64,000 nt of DNA from an uncultured Nitrososphaeraceae archaeon. Lineage in GTDB: Archaea; Thermoproteota; Nitrososphaeria; Nitrososphaerales; Nitrososphaeraceae. The stretch is from assembly GCA_963825865.1 (NCBI GenBank), contig CAWGVG010000008.1, positions 32,001 through 96,000 on the forward strand. The letters run 5' to 3'. Under the pieces are notes generated by a model. The model did not search any database. It was not told the origin of the DNA and saw only the letters and a list, made by a program, of their open reading frames with translations. Below, piece after piece: positions 11,905 through 23,818 of the stretch. A program made the translations under genes and the position numbers. Positions within the stretch are counted from its first letter, which is position 1, and every line of letters begins with the position of its first letter.

Positions 11905-12435
11905 ATGGCTCAAACCCTTTGTATTAAATGTGGTTCAGATCTCAAAGTATCTTCTTATTGTCACCTTTGCCAAGAACCTTTAATTTTTGCATGTACTTCT
12001 TGTGGATATATTACTGAAGAAAAAGTTCATACTGATTGTAGAAATGCGGAAGTATTAGCAAAAAAAAAACAGAAACAACAACAGCACAAGAAGATGCGGC
12101 CGGCTGCTACTACAACACCCACACCTACAACTGGGAATCAAGATAAAAGTATTGTTGATAAACCAAAAGAAGAAGAAACGGTTAAAGCAGAGCCACGTTC
12201 TGCACCATCTTATATGACAAGGGAGCAAGATAATAAAAATAATAATGTTAATCCGTTTGTTGCAGGCGCAGCAGTTTGGCAGAGCTTGATGACCTATTGG
12301 TTTAATGCTTATGGAGAATTCCTTAAAAATGCGCCAAAAATTACCGAATATTGGTATGACACATATTGGAAGCCTTGGTTAAATTGGTCACGGCAGCAAC
12401 AAGGACAAGATAAAGACAGAGTGAAGATAGAATAA
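11905..12435 (+). CDS. Zinc-ribbon protein with Trp-rich C-terminal helix
   Basis: CxxC x3 + HxxC; C-terminal WQSLMTYWFNAY..YWYDTYWKPWLNW. Confidence 0.65.
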   Translation: MAQTLCIKCGSDLKVSSYCHLCQEPLIFACTSCGYITEEKVHTDCRNAEVLAKKKQKQQQHKKMRPAATTTPTPTTGNQDKSIVDKPKEEETVKAEPRSAPSYMTREQDNKNNNVNPFVAGAAVWQSLMTYWFNAYGEFLKNAPKITEYWYDTYWKPWLNWSRQQQGQDKDRVKIE

Positions 12436-13095
12436 TAATAATAAATGTAATAGAATAAATCCAATTAAGTCACAAAAAGCTTGAAGATAAAGCAAAAGTT
12501 CATTTATGATTATAAAGTCTGCTATAGTGAATAATACATACCACATAAATTCAAATTATTAACGTGGGTAACTTACCTAACTTTAATGGTTCGATATTAT
12601 GCTAACTAAAATCACTTAATTGAATATTGCTTTTTTATATCAATAGAACCAAGAATTAAAATAAAAAGATCTTCTTTGAAAGTATGTAGCGGAGAACCAT
12701 AGCAGAGCTCGATGGCTTTTAATATCTTTAAAGTATTTTAACAAGTATGTGAAATTCTTCTGTGCAAAATACTAGATTTTAGTTCTATATAATATAATAA
12801 ATTGATTCTATTAGCATTTTATAAACACTACTAATTGTAATGGACAAAATTGTTTATAATTATAAGAAACAGAATTTATAGTATATTGGTTTGCCATCAT
12901 CAACTGAAGAGAATCTAAATGTCCTCTGCAAAGAAATACAACAATTAGATATTCTATTAGATTTGTAGGCATGCAAAAATTAGTCCATTTCAAGCATCGA
13001 TATCACTTCAAATCCTCTTGGCTTGACAAGAGAAGATCCTGTTGATCGCTAATCATAAATTACTAATAACTATCAAAGTAAAGGATGAAAAATAA

Positions 13096-13626
13096 GTGTA
13101 TAAAATTCTCGACAATCTTGCCACTCATGGCATAGCATACAATCATGATAACAACTACTATCTTATCTCCAAAGATTCGGTTTCAGAGGAAGAGATTCTT
13201 ACCTTCTCTGAAGCAACTGATGAGGACGGAAGCAAGTGGTTGATTATAGATGCGAGGATTCTAAGTGATTATAAAGTAAATGATATACAAGATTATTTAG
13301 CTTTGATAGATACTTGTTCGCTTGCCTTAAATCAAAATCATCGTATACTGAGGATTCTAAGTGATTATAAAGTAAATGATATACAAGATTATTTAGCTTT
13401 GATAGATACTTGTTCGCTTGCCTTAAATCAAAATCATCGTATACTTGTTTGTTGTGGCGCGGGCATATCAAGAAGTAATGCTGTAGCATTAGGAGTACGA
13501 GTAAAACATTTTAAAATGGATTTTTATGACGCATGGGAATTAATAAAAGAAAAAGTTCCTATAAGCAATATTGACCCATTACATATTGTAGCATTAAAGA
13601 AGATATTTAATGTAACCTTGCCTTAA
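13096..13626 (+). CDS. Dual-specificity protein phosphatase family protein
   Basis: CX5R loop VCCGAGISRS. Confidence 0.8.
   Translation: MYKILDNLATHGIAYNHDNNYYLISKDSVSEEEILTFSEATDEDGSKWLIIDARILSDYKVNDIQDYLALIDTCSLALNQNHRILRILSDYKVNDIQDYLALIDTCSLALNQNHRILVCCGAGISRSNAVALGVRVKHFKMDFYDAWELIKEKVPISNIDPLHIVALKKIFNVTLP
13254..13445. repeat. Perfect 96-bp in-frame tandem duplication
   Basis: 13254-13349 = 13350-13445 (RILSDYKVNDIQDYLALIDTCSLALNQNHRIL x2). Confidence 0.95.
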
Positions 13627-14634
13627 TGTTTCCATATAATACACGGCCCCATCATCAACTAAGTTTTTAAATTCAGACATTGGAAAACTTGGATTGCAAA
13701 AAAAGGTTAAAGGTAGTCTGCTCAATATCTAATACAATAATTTAGACCTATTTTTTCGTTTTTTTATAAATTCAAATTCTAACATGGATGACAAAAACGA
13801 GTCAAATTTGTTCTGAATCCCCCTAAATACACCTGATATAGATGTGTTTAATTAGCTATACTGGTTCAATATAAAACGAACAGGTCATATCCGCTTTGAC
13901 TCTTCATGTAGGAATCCTCTTGGTTTCAAAGTAGGCAGCATCATTCTTATTTTGTATTAAATAAATCAATCCATTAAATGATCATTCCTTTTCATCAAAC
14001 TTGAAATCCTCAAGATGTTCATAGATATTCAATAAATTGAATAAGCTTTGTCCCATAAGTAGAATCACCTTCCGTTAAGTATAATGTTATTATTAGAAAT
14101 CTAGTAATTGATTGACTTATTTTCTGTGTAGGCTTTGGCAGTTTGATTTCCGCATTATAGATGAAGGTAAAGGTCAAGAATTCAATGAAAGGCGCTCTGA
14201 ATCTACAATGTTTGACCTTGATTTTCAGGTACTGACCTCTCAAATGCTAAACTATATTCTTAGAAGTTTAGAGTTTAGATGTAGAATTATTATCCCAAGA
14301 TCTCAGTCACAAAATGGAAGAAGTGGACTGTAGCATTGTTACTATGTATTATTATTTGATGTAGTCAATATATTTAGTGATGAGTCTATTACTGATAGAA
14401 AATGAAGAAGAGTTACAGACAGAAGGAGGAATACCAGTATGTGGCGCAAACCTAACATCTCCTGTGGTGGATACAGCATGCTATATCGAAGAAATCCATT
14501 ACAAAATAGGAAATAGGCTTTATATTGAAAATGCGGACTAGCAAACAACAATAGCAGACCCAAGAAACACAGCAAAAAGAGAAATCAAAGAATAGATGCA
14601 CAACCTGAAAGGCTTCTAGTTAGCCTCAGTTAAA

Positions 14635-15078
14635 TTGATGACTTCTTTGAATCTAAAACCAATTATCCTCCAGAAAGAAAATGATCCAAGTCTGATTGCA
14701 TATAGTCTGGCAGTTACAATGGGTGGACACATGTGGTTAGGAGGTGATCTAGACTTTGCAGGCCTGAAGTTCATCCAGACATACAAAAGAAAGCAATTTG
14801 CATCCTTCTTTGAACACACATTAGATCCAATAGAAATTTTGAAATTAGTGAAATCTAAAGGTCAATTTAATCCTTCAGAAATAGATGCGGATAATGTATC
14901 GCTATACGGCTGCATATTCAACGTAAAATCGACAATATCTTCAGAGGCTGTCACAAGAGAAGTTATTACTGGATGGGATCTAATTAGCAAGAACTTGTCT
15001 GTAAACGGAATTGAAATTGAAAAACTATTTAGGCCAACTTTCTTCTATATGATCTTTGGATTACAATACATTATTTAG
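14635..15078 (+). CDS. Hypothetical protein (possibly a fragment)
   Basis: 147-aa ORF; no motif recognised. Confidence 0.4.
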   Translation: MMTSLNLKPIILQKENDPSLIAYSLAVTMGGHMWLGGDLDFAGLKFIQTYKRKQFASFFEHTLDPIEILKLVKSKGQFNPSEIDADNVSLYGCIFNVKSTISSEAVTREVITGWDLISKNLSVNGIEIEKLFRPTFFYMIFGLQYII

Positions 15079-15236
15079 AGGCTCTACTATTTCTATTGAT
15101 CTAGATATACAGATATTACTAAGGCTATGTTATTGGTATTACAAAAGCTCACAAATTCAAACATTCACTATTAAATAAAATGAAGTAGGGCAAAAATTAC
15201 AGGGTTTGGTTGAAATGATTCAAAAAGTTACCATAC

Positions 15237-15698
15237 ATGCACAGATACTTACTTAAATCAAAGCATCAACATATAATGATAGTAGATAGTTTTATGAATT
15301 CCAATTCGCTAGCTTCTTCTTCCTCATCGTCATATCCTTCAATGGATCTAAAAGGTTTGTGCAACACAATAATGAATACGGATGCACGAGTTCGATTTGT
15401 AGGTATACTTGATAATAAGAATGCAAAGCTTGTTGAAGGAGGTATGAGGAAAAATGTACCTTCTTTATTAGATTCAGGCAAAGACGAATTATTTTTCTTG
15501 AGAATAGTTTCTCAATTAAATCAGTTAAATAAGTTTAGACAAACTTTGGGAGATATAAATTATGTATTTGTCAAAATGAATAGGTTATCTTTTGTGATTA
15601 TGAGTTTAAAGAAGAATATGACTTTGCTAGTAAGTCTGGAACCAGATACAGATCCATCGTTTATTATTCCAACAATAAGGAATTCATTAATAGAATGA
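15237..15698 (+). CDS. DUF6659/roadblock-like protein
   Basis: LCNTIMNTDARVRFVGILD..LVEGGMRK..LGDINYV..LLVSLE pattern typical of thaumarchaea. Confidence 0.65.
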   Translation: MHRYLLKSKHQHIMIVDSFMNSNSLASSSSSSYPSMDLKGLCNTIMNTDARVRFVGILDNKNAKLVEGGMRKNVPSLLDSGKDELFFLRIVSQLNQLNKFRQTLGDINYVFVKMNRLSFVIMSLKKNMTLLVSLEPDTDPSFIIPTIRNSLIE

Positions 15699-15780
15699 GC
15701 TTCTACTATAGTTGGTACAACCTAACTACTGCAATTTCTAATCCACATGTGTGCCTTCCAATGATCTTTTGCCAATAAAT

Positions 15781-16280
15781 TCTGTATACTGGGTGCATGC
15801 ATGGGACCAAATGACACCAGTTGAAGAGATGATGCGTGCTTTAGATGATATGGTAAGGTCAGGGAAAATTCTCTACGCTGGTATCTCTGATGCTCCAGCT
15901 TGATTAGTTTCACAAGCTAATACTCTTGCAAATCTTAGAGGATGGACAGAATTTACTGGTTTACAGATTGAATATAGCCTAATTGAAAGAACTCCAGAAC
16001 GAGAATTGCTGCCTATGGCTAGTGCATTGGATATTGGAGTGACAGCGTGGTCACCATTAGGCGGCGGTGTACTCACAGGTAAATATAACAAAAACAATAA
16101 AGATCAACTGCAACAAGGACAACAAAGACAGCAACAAAATAGATCATTATGAACTATGATTCTAACAGAAGGGAATAGTAGACTAAATGTTCAAAATGAT
16201 TTAGCAAACAGGTTCCTAAATGATAGAAATATCTTAATTGCTCAAGAAGTTAGCAAGATGGCTAAAGAGATAGGAAGCTT
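15781..16280 (+). pseudogene. Aldo/keto reductase internal fragment
   Basis: VHAWDQMTPVEEMMRALDDMVRSGKILYAGISD..LQIEYSLIERTPERELLPMA..AWSPLGGGVLTGKY; internal stops. Confidence 0.85.
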
Positions 16281-16739
16281 GAATCTTCACATGGTACTAC
16301 TTATGGCTTATCTATTAAAATAAAGATGCAATAGATGTTACCTTCATTCACACGTTTGGCAACGATCGATTTGAGATCTCTATTGTGTGACTGTCTATAT
16401 GAATCAACAACAAGCTAGGAGCGCATAACACTGATCGAACTGGATTGAATTACAAGACATAATACGAATTAGTCACATCTGTTGTACTGCAAATGCGCAT
16501 TAGGAAGGGGTAATAATGACAGCAAGGTTAGTAGTAATAATAGATCCTCCTGTTCAGGATTATCTCCCCTAAAATACAATACATTTAGAGGAAGAGACAG
16601 CGCATCGACCTAGATAAGAAACCCTATGAAAGAAATACCTCGAATAGTTATACATATACAGACTAATTGATAAAAGCAGGGCTTAAGGCCGTATTACTAG
16701 ATGTTTGTAGAGTTCTTCTCAGATTACTGATGGTAAATG

Positions 16740-16958
16740 CTACTTTTTTTCTGCTGCTTCTTGGTCAATGTATTCTTTAAGACATGTATCACAAACCTTG
16801 AATTGTTCTTGGTCATTGGAAGTACTACTCACAATATGAAGGAGTGCTATTCTAACTCCACACAACTCGCAGTTGTAAATGTTGTCATCCATTAGAGGAA
16901 TGAAACGACGATGATGCTCTTCGATAGGTGGATTCTTTTGTTCTATTTCTGCTACCAT
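16740..16958 (-). CDS. Small zinc-finger protein
   Basis: CELC..VCDTC. Confidence 0.55.
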   Translation of the reverse strand: MVAEIEQKNPPIEEHHRRFIPLMDDNIYNCELCGVRIALLHIVSSTSNDQEQFKVCDTCLKEYIDQEAAEKK

Positions 16959-17289
16959 ATATCTCTCTATTCACCTCCCTTACCTATCCAAAGGATGGAT
17001 CGTTAGATTATTACGACCCAAAAGCATATTATTATTTACAGCCAATGCATACTTTTCTCTATCTGAAACAATACTGTATCAATATAATCATCAGTAATTA
17101 ATGAGGGTATATTAATACGACACGTTTTAGGAACTAATGAATTTATTTTGAATAGAATCTGAACCTTATTATCTATATCGGATTCATTATAACAGTCTTG
17201 TACTAATTTTGTGATTATACTGCTCGCTGTGATGTATTGTTCTAGTAGTAGTCAATTTATTCATGTGCCGGTTCCCTTCCTTTGCTTTT

Positions 17290-17433
17290 CTATTTTAATA
17301 TGCCAATTTGTTTGTACAAACAAGGCTTTATTGATTTGTCTTTAATTTTGTAGGCTGTAAAATGCCATGCTGCTTCAAGTGCTAGAAAGACAGTTGCAAA
17401 CCCAATACCCACATATGCTATATTTTCTAACAT
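17290..17433 (-). CDS. Small single-TM protein (47 aa)
   Basis: MLENIAYVGIGFATVFLALEAAWHF...; clean ORF below the track cutoff. Confidence 0.55.
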   Translation of the reverse strand: MLENIAYVGIGFATVFLALEAAWHFTAYKIKDKSIKPCLYKQIGILK

Positions 17434-17755
17434 ACCCTGTATACTTTATTGATAGATATAATGTTATCTACAATTTGGGTAAATATTTGACATAGTATTT
17501 TGATTTGATCTTTACATATGATAATAAATTGTTCTAGATAGTGTATGTGTTATTACAGATGTAAACGCATAACAACAGATACAAGTTCATAGAAAAAGAG
17601 AACTAGGCAATAAACTTGACAAGCTTCTTACTAGTTAGATGGCATGTTTCTATATGGAAGTGGGTTCAAAAGAATGTAAATGTTGCTGATAACTTTAGTA
17701 TATACAAACAACTGGTTAAGCAAATATTTGTAGATGAAACGCATTTTCATTAAGC

Positions 17756-18980
17756 TCAAGAAATCTTGTTCCATGAACTATACTCTATATCGGATTCAAA
17801 ATCAAATACTTTGTTTTCATATTCTTTAGGAGGATTATCTTTATCATTCTTCCTTTTGGTAATTGCTTCTCTTCTGTCATCTTCTGATTTTTCTGCATAT
17901 TTTTTAACTTGGTCTTTGAATTTTTCATCAGTACTCTTATGTATGAGCCATCTTATCTTCAGTGCTTGAACTAATAATAGCTCTTCTGCTTTTATTCCTT
18001 CGTTTCCCGAAAATATTTCACGAGCTATAATGAAATTATTGATAAATCGTTTGACTTCCCTTGGATTAAGTTCTACTGCTTTTGCTATTACCCCCTTATT
18101 TTCATCAACTAGCTTTGAATATATTTCATCTAATCGTTTTGATAAATTCTGAACCAACTTTTTTATGACGTCAGTATCATTCCATTCAGGAATTGTTATT
18201 GGAATCTGAATTATTTTGCGTATATAATGCTCTCCTTTTACTAGACTATCTTTATATGCTACATTGATAAGTTTGGAAATTGTATCTATGCTTAATCCTA
18301 CAATATAGATAAAGCCTTCCATTCCTAAAAATACCTTTATAGATTCGAATACTTCAAGTGCAGTTTTAGGCGAACATCTATCTAAATCATCAATAAAAAC
18401 TACTATTCTGTTCTTCCCATTTTCACTAGACATCTTTTTCATCTCTTCTTCAATTTTATACAAACCATCAAAGTAAATTGTATCTTTGTCTACCTGAGAT
18501 AATAGTTCCATCTTAGGAAAAAGATTTTTTTCTAATTCGTCAAAGCTTTCTTTAGGCACTAACGGTATCCATTTTTCAACTAGGCTTCTTAAAACACCTT
18601 TACCAACTATAACAGCTCCTCTAAGCAATATCTTTTTTATTTCTCTATACTGTGGCAGGTCGCCCATTGCATAAGCTATTGTCTTCATTAAAGCAATTAG
18701 CGCAAACTGTTCCTCTCTTTCATAACGCCACGCATTAAACCAAACAGTGAGAACATTTTCATCACTTTCAAGTTTATTATAAATCATTTTCATTAGTGTA
18801 GTCTTACCCGTTCCCCATTCACCATATATTCCGATAGAAAATTTTGGTTTAGATCCCCTTACCATTTTAACAATGGCATCACAATATTTATCAAATTCAA
18901 GAATAGGTTTATCTTCTTCTATGTCATCAGTCAGTATGCTAACATGATTTGCTGACAGGGGATCTGTAGTAATATGACAT
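17756..18980 (-). CDS. KAP-family P-loop NTPase
   Basis: GIYGEWGTGKT, WFNAWRYE, VVFIDDLDRC, YIRKIIQIP, NPREVKRFIN; start likely 18980 with one indel. Confidence 0.9.
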
Positions 18981-19551
18981 CACCAATGAAGGAAAGAATT
19001 TGACATAGTTAAGTTTTCTCTGAATATATGTCAAAATATTAAACTCAATTTAGTTAGATTATGGTGACAAGGTTAAGACCATAAACGGGGCGCAAGTAAT
19101 AACGAAAGTTACTGTTTATCCATCCATTCAATAAGCCAATTATATTTTGATAACTCATTACCCTCTTTACCAAATTTCTTCAATGTTGCAGCACATTCAG
19201 ATTTTATTTCTCGTCGTTCCACAGTTATTCCAATAGAAGAAAAACTTTTGTTGAAATTGTCGATATGGCAATTCAATACTCCTTCATCGTTAATTGAAAT
19301 TATTCCGGGGTTTATATTAGGCAGGGGACAGACAGATAGACTTAACGATACGGCATAAAAAAACAATTCCTAATTTCTTTTTTTGAATAACAATTTTGGA
19401 TTTGGTGTATTATTATTGTGTCAGAGAATTACCAATTTGTGAGGAATTGCGGTAAGAGAGTATCTATATGCTTATACAGGAATTCTAAAGATACCACCAG
19501 CGCAGTATAAATGATAATAATCAGTGTGGTCAAAATAGCATCTATCACCAT

Positions 19552-20010
19552 ATGCCATATACTCTCTTGTTCGGCAATAATTTTATCTATGAGAGTCCAC
19601 AATCAGTTAGAATTTACGACAAAATTCTCTTTTACCTGAGTGAAGATGATTATGGTCCATATTTGACTACAGAGATATTCGACTCGGGTGGTGAAAATGT
19701 AATAGTCAAAGTAGAAAAAAATACATGTACTTATCTGAATGGAAAAGGATTGATTCAAAAATACAATCAGAGGAATTATATTTTAATAAACAATAAGGAA
19801 GGCGAAAATATAATACAATCGAGAATTTTGGATAAAAAGACCATTCTAGTAAGCGGTATATTTCACTTCAAGGAATTTAAATTAATTGCAACTCAAAATT
19901 ATATCATTTTACCAGATGGAAAAAGAATGATGTACAACAAGGTCAACTCAAAAAATGGTCATGTGATGATAACGGCTGAAAGCATAAGAGCAGAGACAAA
20001 TAGTAGTTAA
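19552..20010 (+). CDS. Hypothetical beta-rich protein
   Basis: Intact 152-aa ORF. Confidence 0.55.
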   Translation: MPYTLLFGNNFIYESPQSVRIYDKILFYLSEDDYGPYLTTEIFDSGGENVIVKVEKNTCTYLNGKGLIQKYNQRNYILINNKEGENIIQSRILDKKTILVSGIFHFKEFKLIATQNYIILPDGKRMMYNKVNSKNGHVMITAESIRAETNSS

Positions 20011-20421
20011 GTCACTGCCAAAGCTCGCCAATACAAACGGCATGTTTTGACGATTCGAAACCAAGACACCTTTCATTTCGTAATAATTATACTTGCCTCT
20101 GAGATTCTGTTGAGATTATGAAAATTTTTGCTCATTATGTAAAAATGGACTATTATCTGGCCTGTCATACTCACCATACCGCCAGAACAACTTCCCTATC
20201 GAAGCTCAGCATTAATCCCCGAGCAGCCTGCAGATGCCGTTGACAATTACAGTTCTTGGTTTGCGTTGAATTAGGATAACAACTCTATCTTTTTGTCCTT
20301 CAACTATACTTGGTAAAGGAAAGTTTTATTCATTTCGTGGCTGGTTTTTTAACCTACCTGTATAGAGTAGTGATCGATAGAATTAAAATCAGACTCACTT
20401 TCACAAGAACTAGGGAAATGC

Positions 20422-20656
20422 ATGGTTCGAGTATTTGTCTCCCATAGTCAGCACGACCACAACATAAAAAATTTCTTTTCCAATATCTTTACACACATTG
20501 GATTACAAGCAAAATACATGGGGTGGGAAGATTTAGACACAAACTACGCCGGAGTTGAGATAACGAGGTACATCCGTGATATAGAGACGGTTGCAGTTTT
20601 TCTATTGTTAGGGAGGAATTTACAATTTCCACCGCCATCGGCTCGTGTATATACTA
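20422..20656 (+). pseudogene. TIR-like domain protein interrupted by IS
   Basis: MVRVFVSHS..AVFLLLGRNL..YTR, cut before the expected WxxxE. Confidence 0.65.
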
Positions 20657-21699
20657 GATCTCTTGTGTAATTAGAAGCTTAGAGCTATATTCCTCTTCAC
20701 ATAGGATATCTATCTGACAAGCTCTTTGATGTCCTATAGCAAATTATGTAAGAAACCTTTGATATTCAGGTCATTTACCGGAGTAACTGTATCTGAATTT
20801 GAATCCATTTGTAACGAAATTGAACATAACTACGAAGAGCACGAAAGAAGACGTCTTCTATCAAGGACGAGAATACGGGATATAGGTGCTGGTAGACCAT
20901 TTAAGCTTAAAGTTAAAGAAAGATTCGTTATGCTTCTAGTATACTACAGATTATACATTACATATACATTATCAGGATTTCTGTTTGACCTTGATCAAAG
21001 CAATGTTTGTAGAGATATATCAATGATGGAACCACTTATCAAGGAGTGTATTCCATTGCCAAAGAAGATATACAAACGTACTAGGAGATTAAGAACTATA
21101 GATGAAGTAGAAGAGTACTTTCCTGGATTCAAGGCTTTCATAGACTCTACAGAACAAGAAATTCCAAGACCTAAGAACAAAAGAAGAAGGAAGAGTTACT
21201 ATTCAGGTAGAAAGAAGAAACATACTGTCAAGACACAATTGATGGTAAACATGAAGGATTGATACTGCATAAGACAGGTCACAGAAGTGGAAGAAAACAT
21301 GATTATGACATTTACAAACACAATCATTCTATAACTCCATCACAAGTTGAAAACATAGTTGATCTTGGTTATCTTGGCATTGAAAAGGACTTTCCCACTG
21401 TAAAGTCTGTACTTGGTATCAAAAAGAAAAAGGGTACATTGCTTTCATGTGATGAAAGAACTTACAACAAGAATCATTCTAGGCTAAGGATCATAGTAGA
21501 ACATACCATATGTAGGATCAAAAAGTTTGGAATAATGGGTACTAAATTTAGAAACAGATTAAGGAAGTACAATAACGTATCTGATATAATATCCGGTCTC
21601 CTGAACTTCAGAGTTATACAGTCTGACAGCATTTCAATCTAAGAAGACGGCTAAAACAAGTAGGGTGTTAGACTATAGCTCCTAATTACGCAAGAGATC
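20657..21699 (+). mobile_element. IS5-family (ISL2-like) insertion sequence
   Basis: TIR GATCTCTTGYGTAATTAGRAGC; TATACTA duplicated at 20650-20656 and 21700-21706 (alternatively a 5-bp ATACT TSD with ends 1 bp further out). Confidence 0.88.
20726..21642 (+). CDS. DDE_Tnp_4-type transposase (frameshift ~21255)
   Basis: FRSFTG, IDSTEQEIPRP, YYSGRKKKHTVKTQ, HDY, DLGYLG, RIIVEH. Confidence 0.88.
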
Positions 21700-22121
21700 T
21701 ATACTAGAACTGCAGACAAGCAGGAGTTTCCGAATCGGCAGCAATTCAGCTAGTTCAATGTCTGCTAGACGCTGGAGTAGTGTTTGTAGATATTGTATAG
21801 ATAAGAACAAGGTAGGATAACCACACAGCAGCAAAAAACAACAATAACCTTCCCTATTTTTTATATTACAGCTATTTCATTCTGTTGCGATTCTGATTGG
21901 CAATGCAATAGGTATCGTATACTTTCCTAAGCTATAGACTAGCAATAGTAGAATCTAGTTATAATTGAATGCTACCAATAATAGGTAAATAAGTAAGAAT
22001 AGTTCATTTCATATTTTTGATAGTTATACTAGATAAGTCTGTAGCAAATTATATGTAATAAATCAGCAGTAAGTTCGCCAAGTCAAATATAGAGATGATA
22101 CTGTAAGTTGTAATATAATAT

Positions 22122-22667
22122 ATGAACAACACAACTACAACTAAACGAAATCTAGCGTTAATAGCTGTATTTCTTGCAGCAACACTAGTAGTAGGAACAC
22201 TAGCAGCAACAACCACAATAGCAACAACACAATCAGCATTGGCTTATCCTCAACAAAAGAAAGACAACAGGAAAGATGGTGGTAATGGAAATGGCAACAC
22301 GATTACCATTCAGAAATGTAAACAAGCGAGCAACACAGAGTGGATGGGATAACGACCAACAGCAAGAATGTGAAAATCTGATATGTCACTCATCCAGGTG
22401 AAAATGCAACCTGTACACAAGAAGGAGCAGGCAGCACAAACACAAACACCAACACCAACAGTAACTCCAACACCATGCAATCCTTCTACCGTTGGCGGAC
22501 AGATAGCAACACGTTCTGACGGCACATGTGCAGCATCAATACCCCGTAGCGCAGACCCAGAGGCAATCCGTATTTTTGAGGATCAATGCTTAAGTATACC
22601 AGGAGCTACCATCGTTGTGAGAGACGCTGCTGTGACGTGTTTATTCGAATCAACACCACCAGCATAA
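22122..22667 (+). CDS. Secreted protein with conserved NGNT..SGxDN..ICTHP module
   Basis: One 180-aa ORF after removing three +1 insertions (at GCAGC, GTAC, GCAGC); signal peptide present. Confidence 0.7.
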
Positions 22668-22903
22668 GCATAAATCCAATAGCTGAAAATACACACAACT
22701 CAGCCTTTCTTATTTTTTGCTAATCTCTTTACTTACATATCTATGCTAGTACTACTACATTTATCATCGGTTGGTGTTTTAAAATCGAACTGCTGCATTT
22801 CATGATGATTGATCGAGATTCGTTTACACGCTATTAATCCAGCATCCACGAGGATGCACAACTGAAAGCGCACGGTCAGCTATCACCAGATTATCAGAGC
22901 AAG

Positions 22904-23714
22904 ATGACCGGCGATAGCAGTAAACAGCATCTCATGACAATAATAATCAGCCTACTAGTAGCAGTAGTAGTAGTAAGAGTCATGGTACTGAAGCAGGCGG
23001 CAATTCTGCTGGTAATAACCAGCTTACCGGTGGTACCAACGATAAAAACGGTCCTAGTACCTGATATAGGAAGTAACATAAACAATCCATTTACTGGTGG
23101 TATTAGCAATGGTCCTAGTCCTGATGTAGGCGGCAGTACGAACAATCTTGCACAAGCTGGTGGCAGCAGCGATAACAAACCATTTACCGGTGGCAACGAC
23201 AACAATCCTAGTACTAACGTAGGCAGACGGCACAAACAGTCCCAATCTTGGATTGGCCGGTAGTAACAATCCTGGTACTGATGTAGGCGGCAGTACGAAC
23301 AATCCAGCAGGTACTGGTACAAGTTCTGATGTAGGCGGCAGTTCCAAAGATGGTGGTATCTCTTGGAGGATTCAGTGCTCAACGTAGCACTAGTTCTGAC
23401 ATAGGTACCAGCGAGCGATAGCAATCTATTCTCCGGTAGTAGTGAGGTCGGCGAGCACCAAGAAAAAGAGCGGTGGCAGCGATGATTCTTCATCTTTAAC
23501 TGGTCGTGGAGATAACAACCTGTTTAGTACCTACTAGGTACTGAAGGCCATAGTAAGAAAAAGAGCGGTGGCTAACAGCAGTCATAGCAGTAAAGGCGAG
23601 CAGTGACAGCGGTGGAGATGAAAGCAGTCATAGCAGTAAAGGCGAGCAGTGACAGCGGTGGAGATGAAAGCAGTCATAGCAGTAAAGGCAGCAGGCCACA
23701 GCAGTGACGACTGA
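22904..23714 (+). CDS. Gly/Ser/Asn/Thr-rich repetitive protein (frameshifted, N-terminus unclear)
   Basis: Recurring DVGGSTNN, PFTGG and SSHSSKG units; TGA at ~23712. Confidence 0.55.
23577..23689. repeat. Tandem repeat, 46-bp period, ~2.5 copies
   Basis: AGCAGTCATAGCAGTAAAGGC.. at 23577, 23623, 23669. Confidence 0.9.
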
Positions 23715-23818
23715 GTGAATTAGAACTCTATCATAAATTTATCTGAACTTATCATCCGACAGTTATATGAAATAAGTCAGCATTAACTTACTCACTTCAA
23801 GCCAGGCTACTGTAGCTG

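Noticed and set aside
11403-14520. DGR template/variable repeat pair
   Set aside because: Mismatches are not adenine-specific and no reverse transcriptase was seen
15901-15903. In-frame TGA in the AKR fragment as selenocysteine/recoding
   Set aside because: It replaces a conserved Trp in an already truncated gene with other stops
23577-23689. Repeat-spacer-like pattern
   Set aside because: The intervening sequences are identical and encode the low-complexity protein
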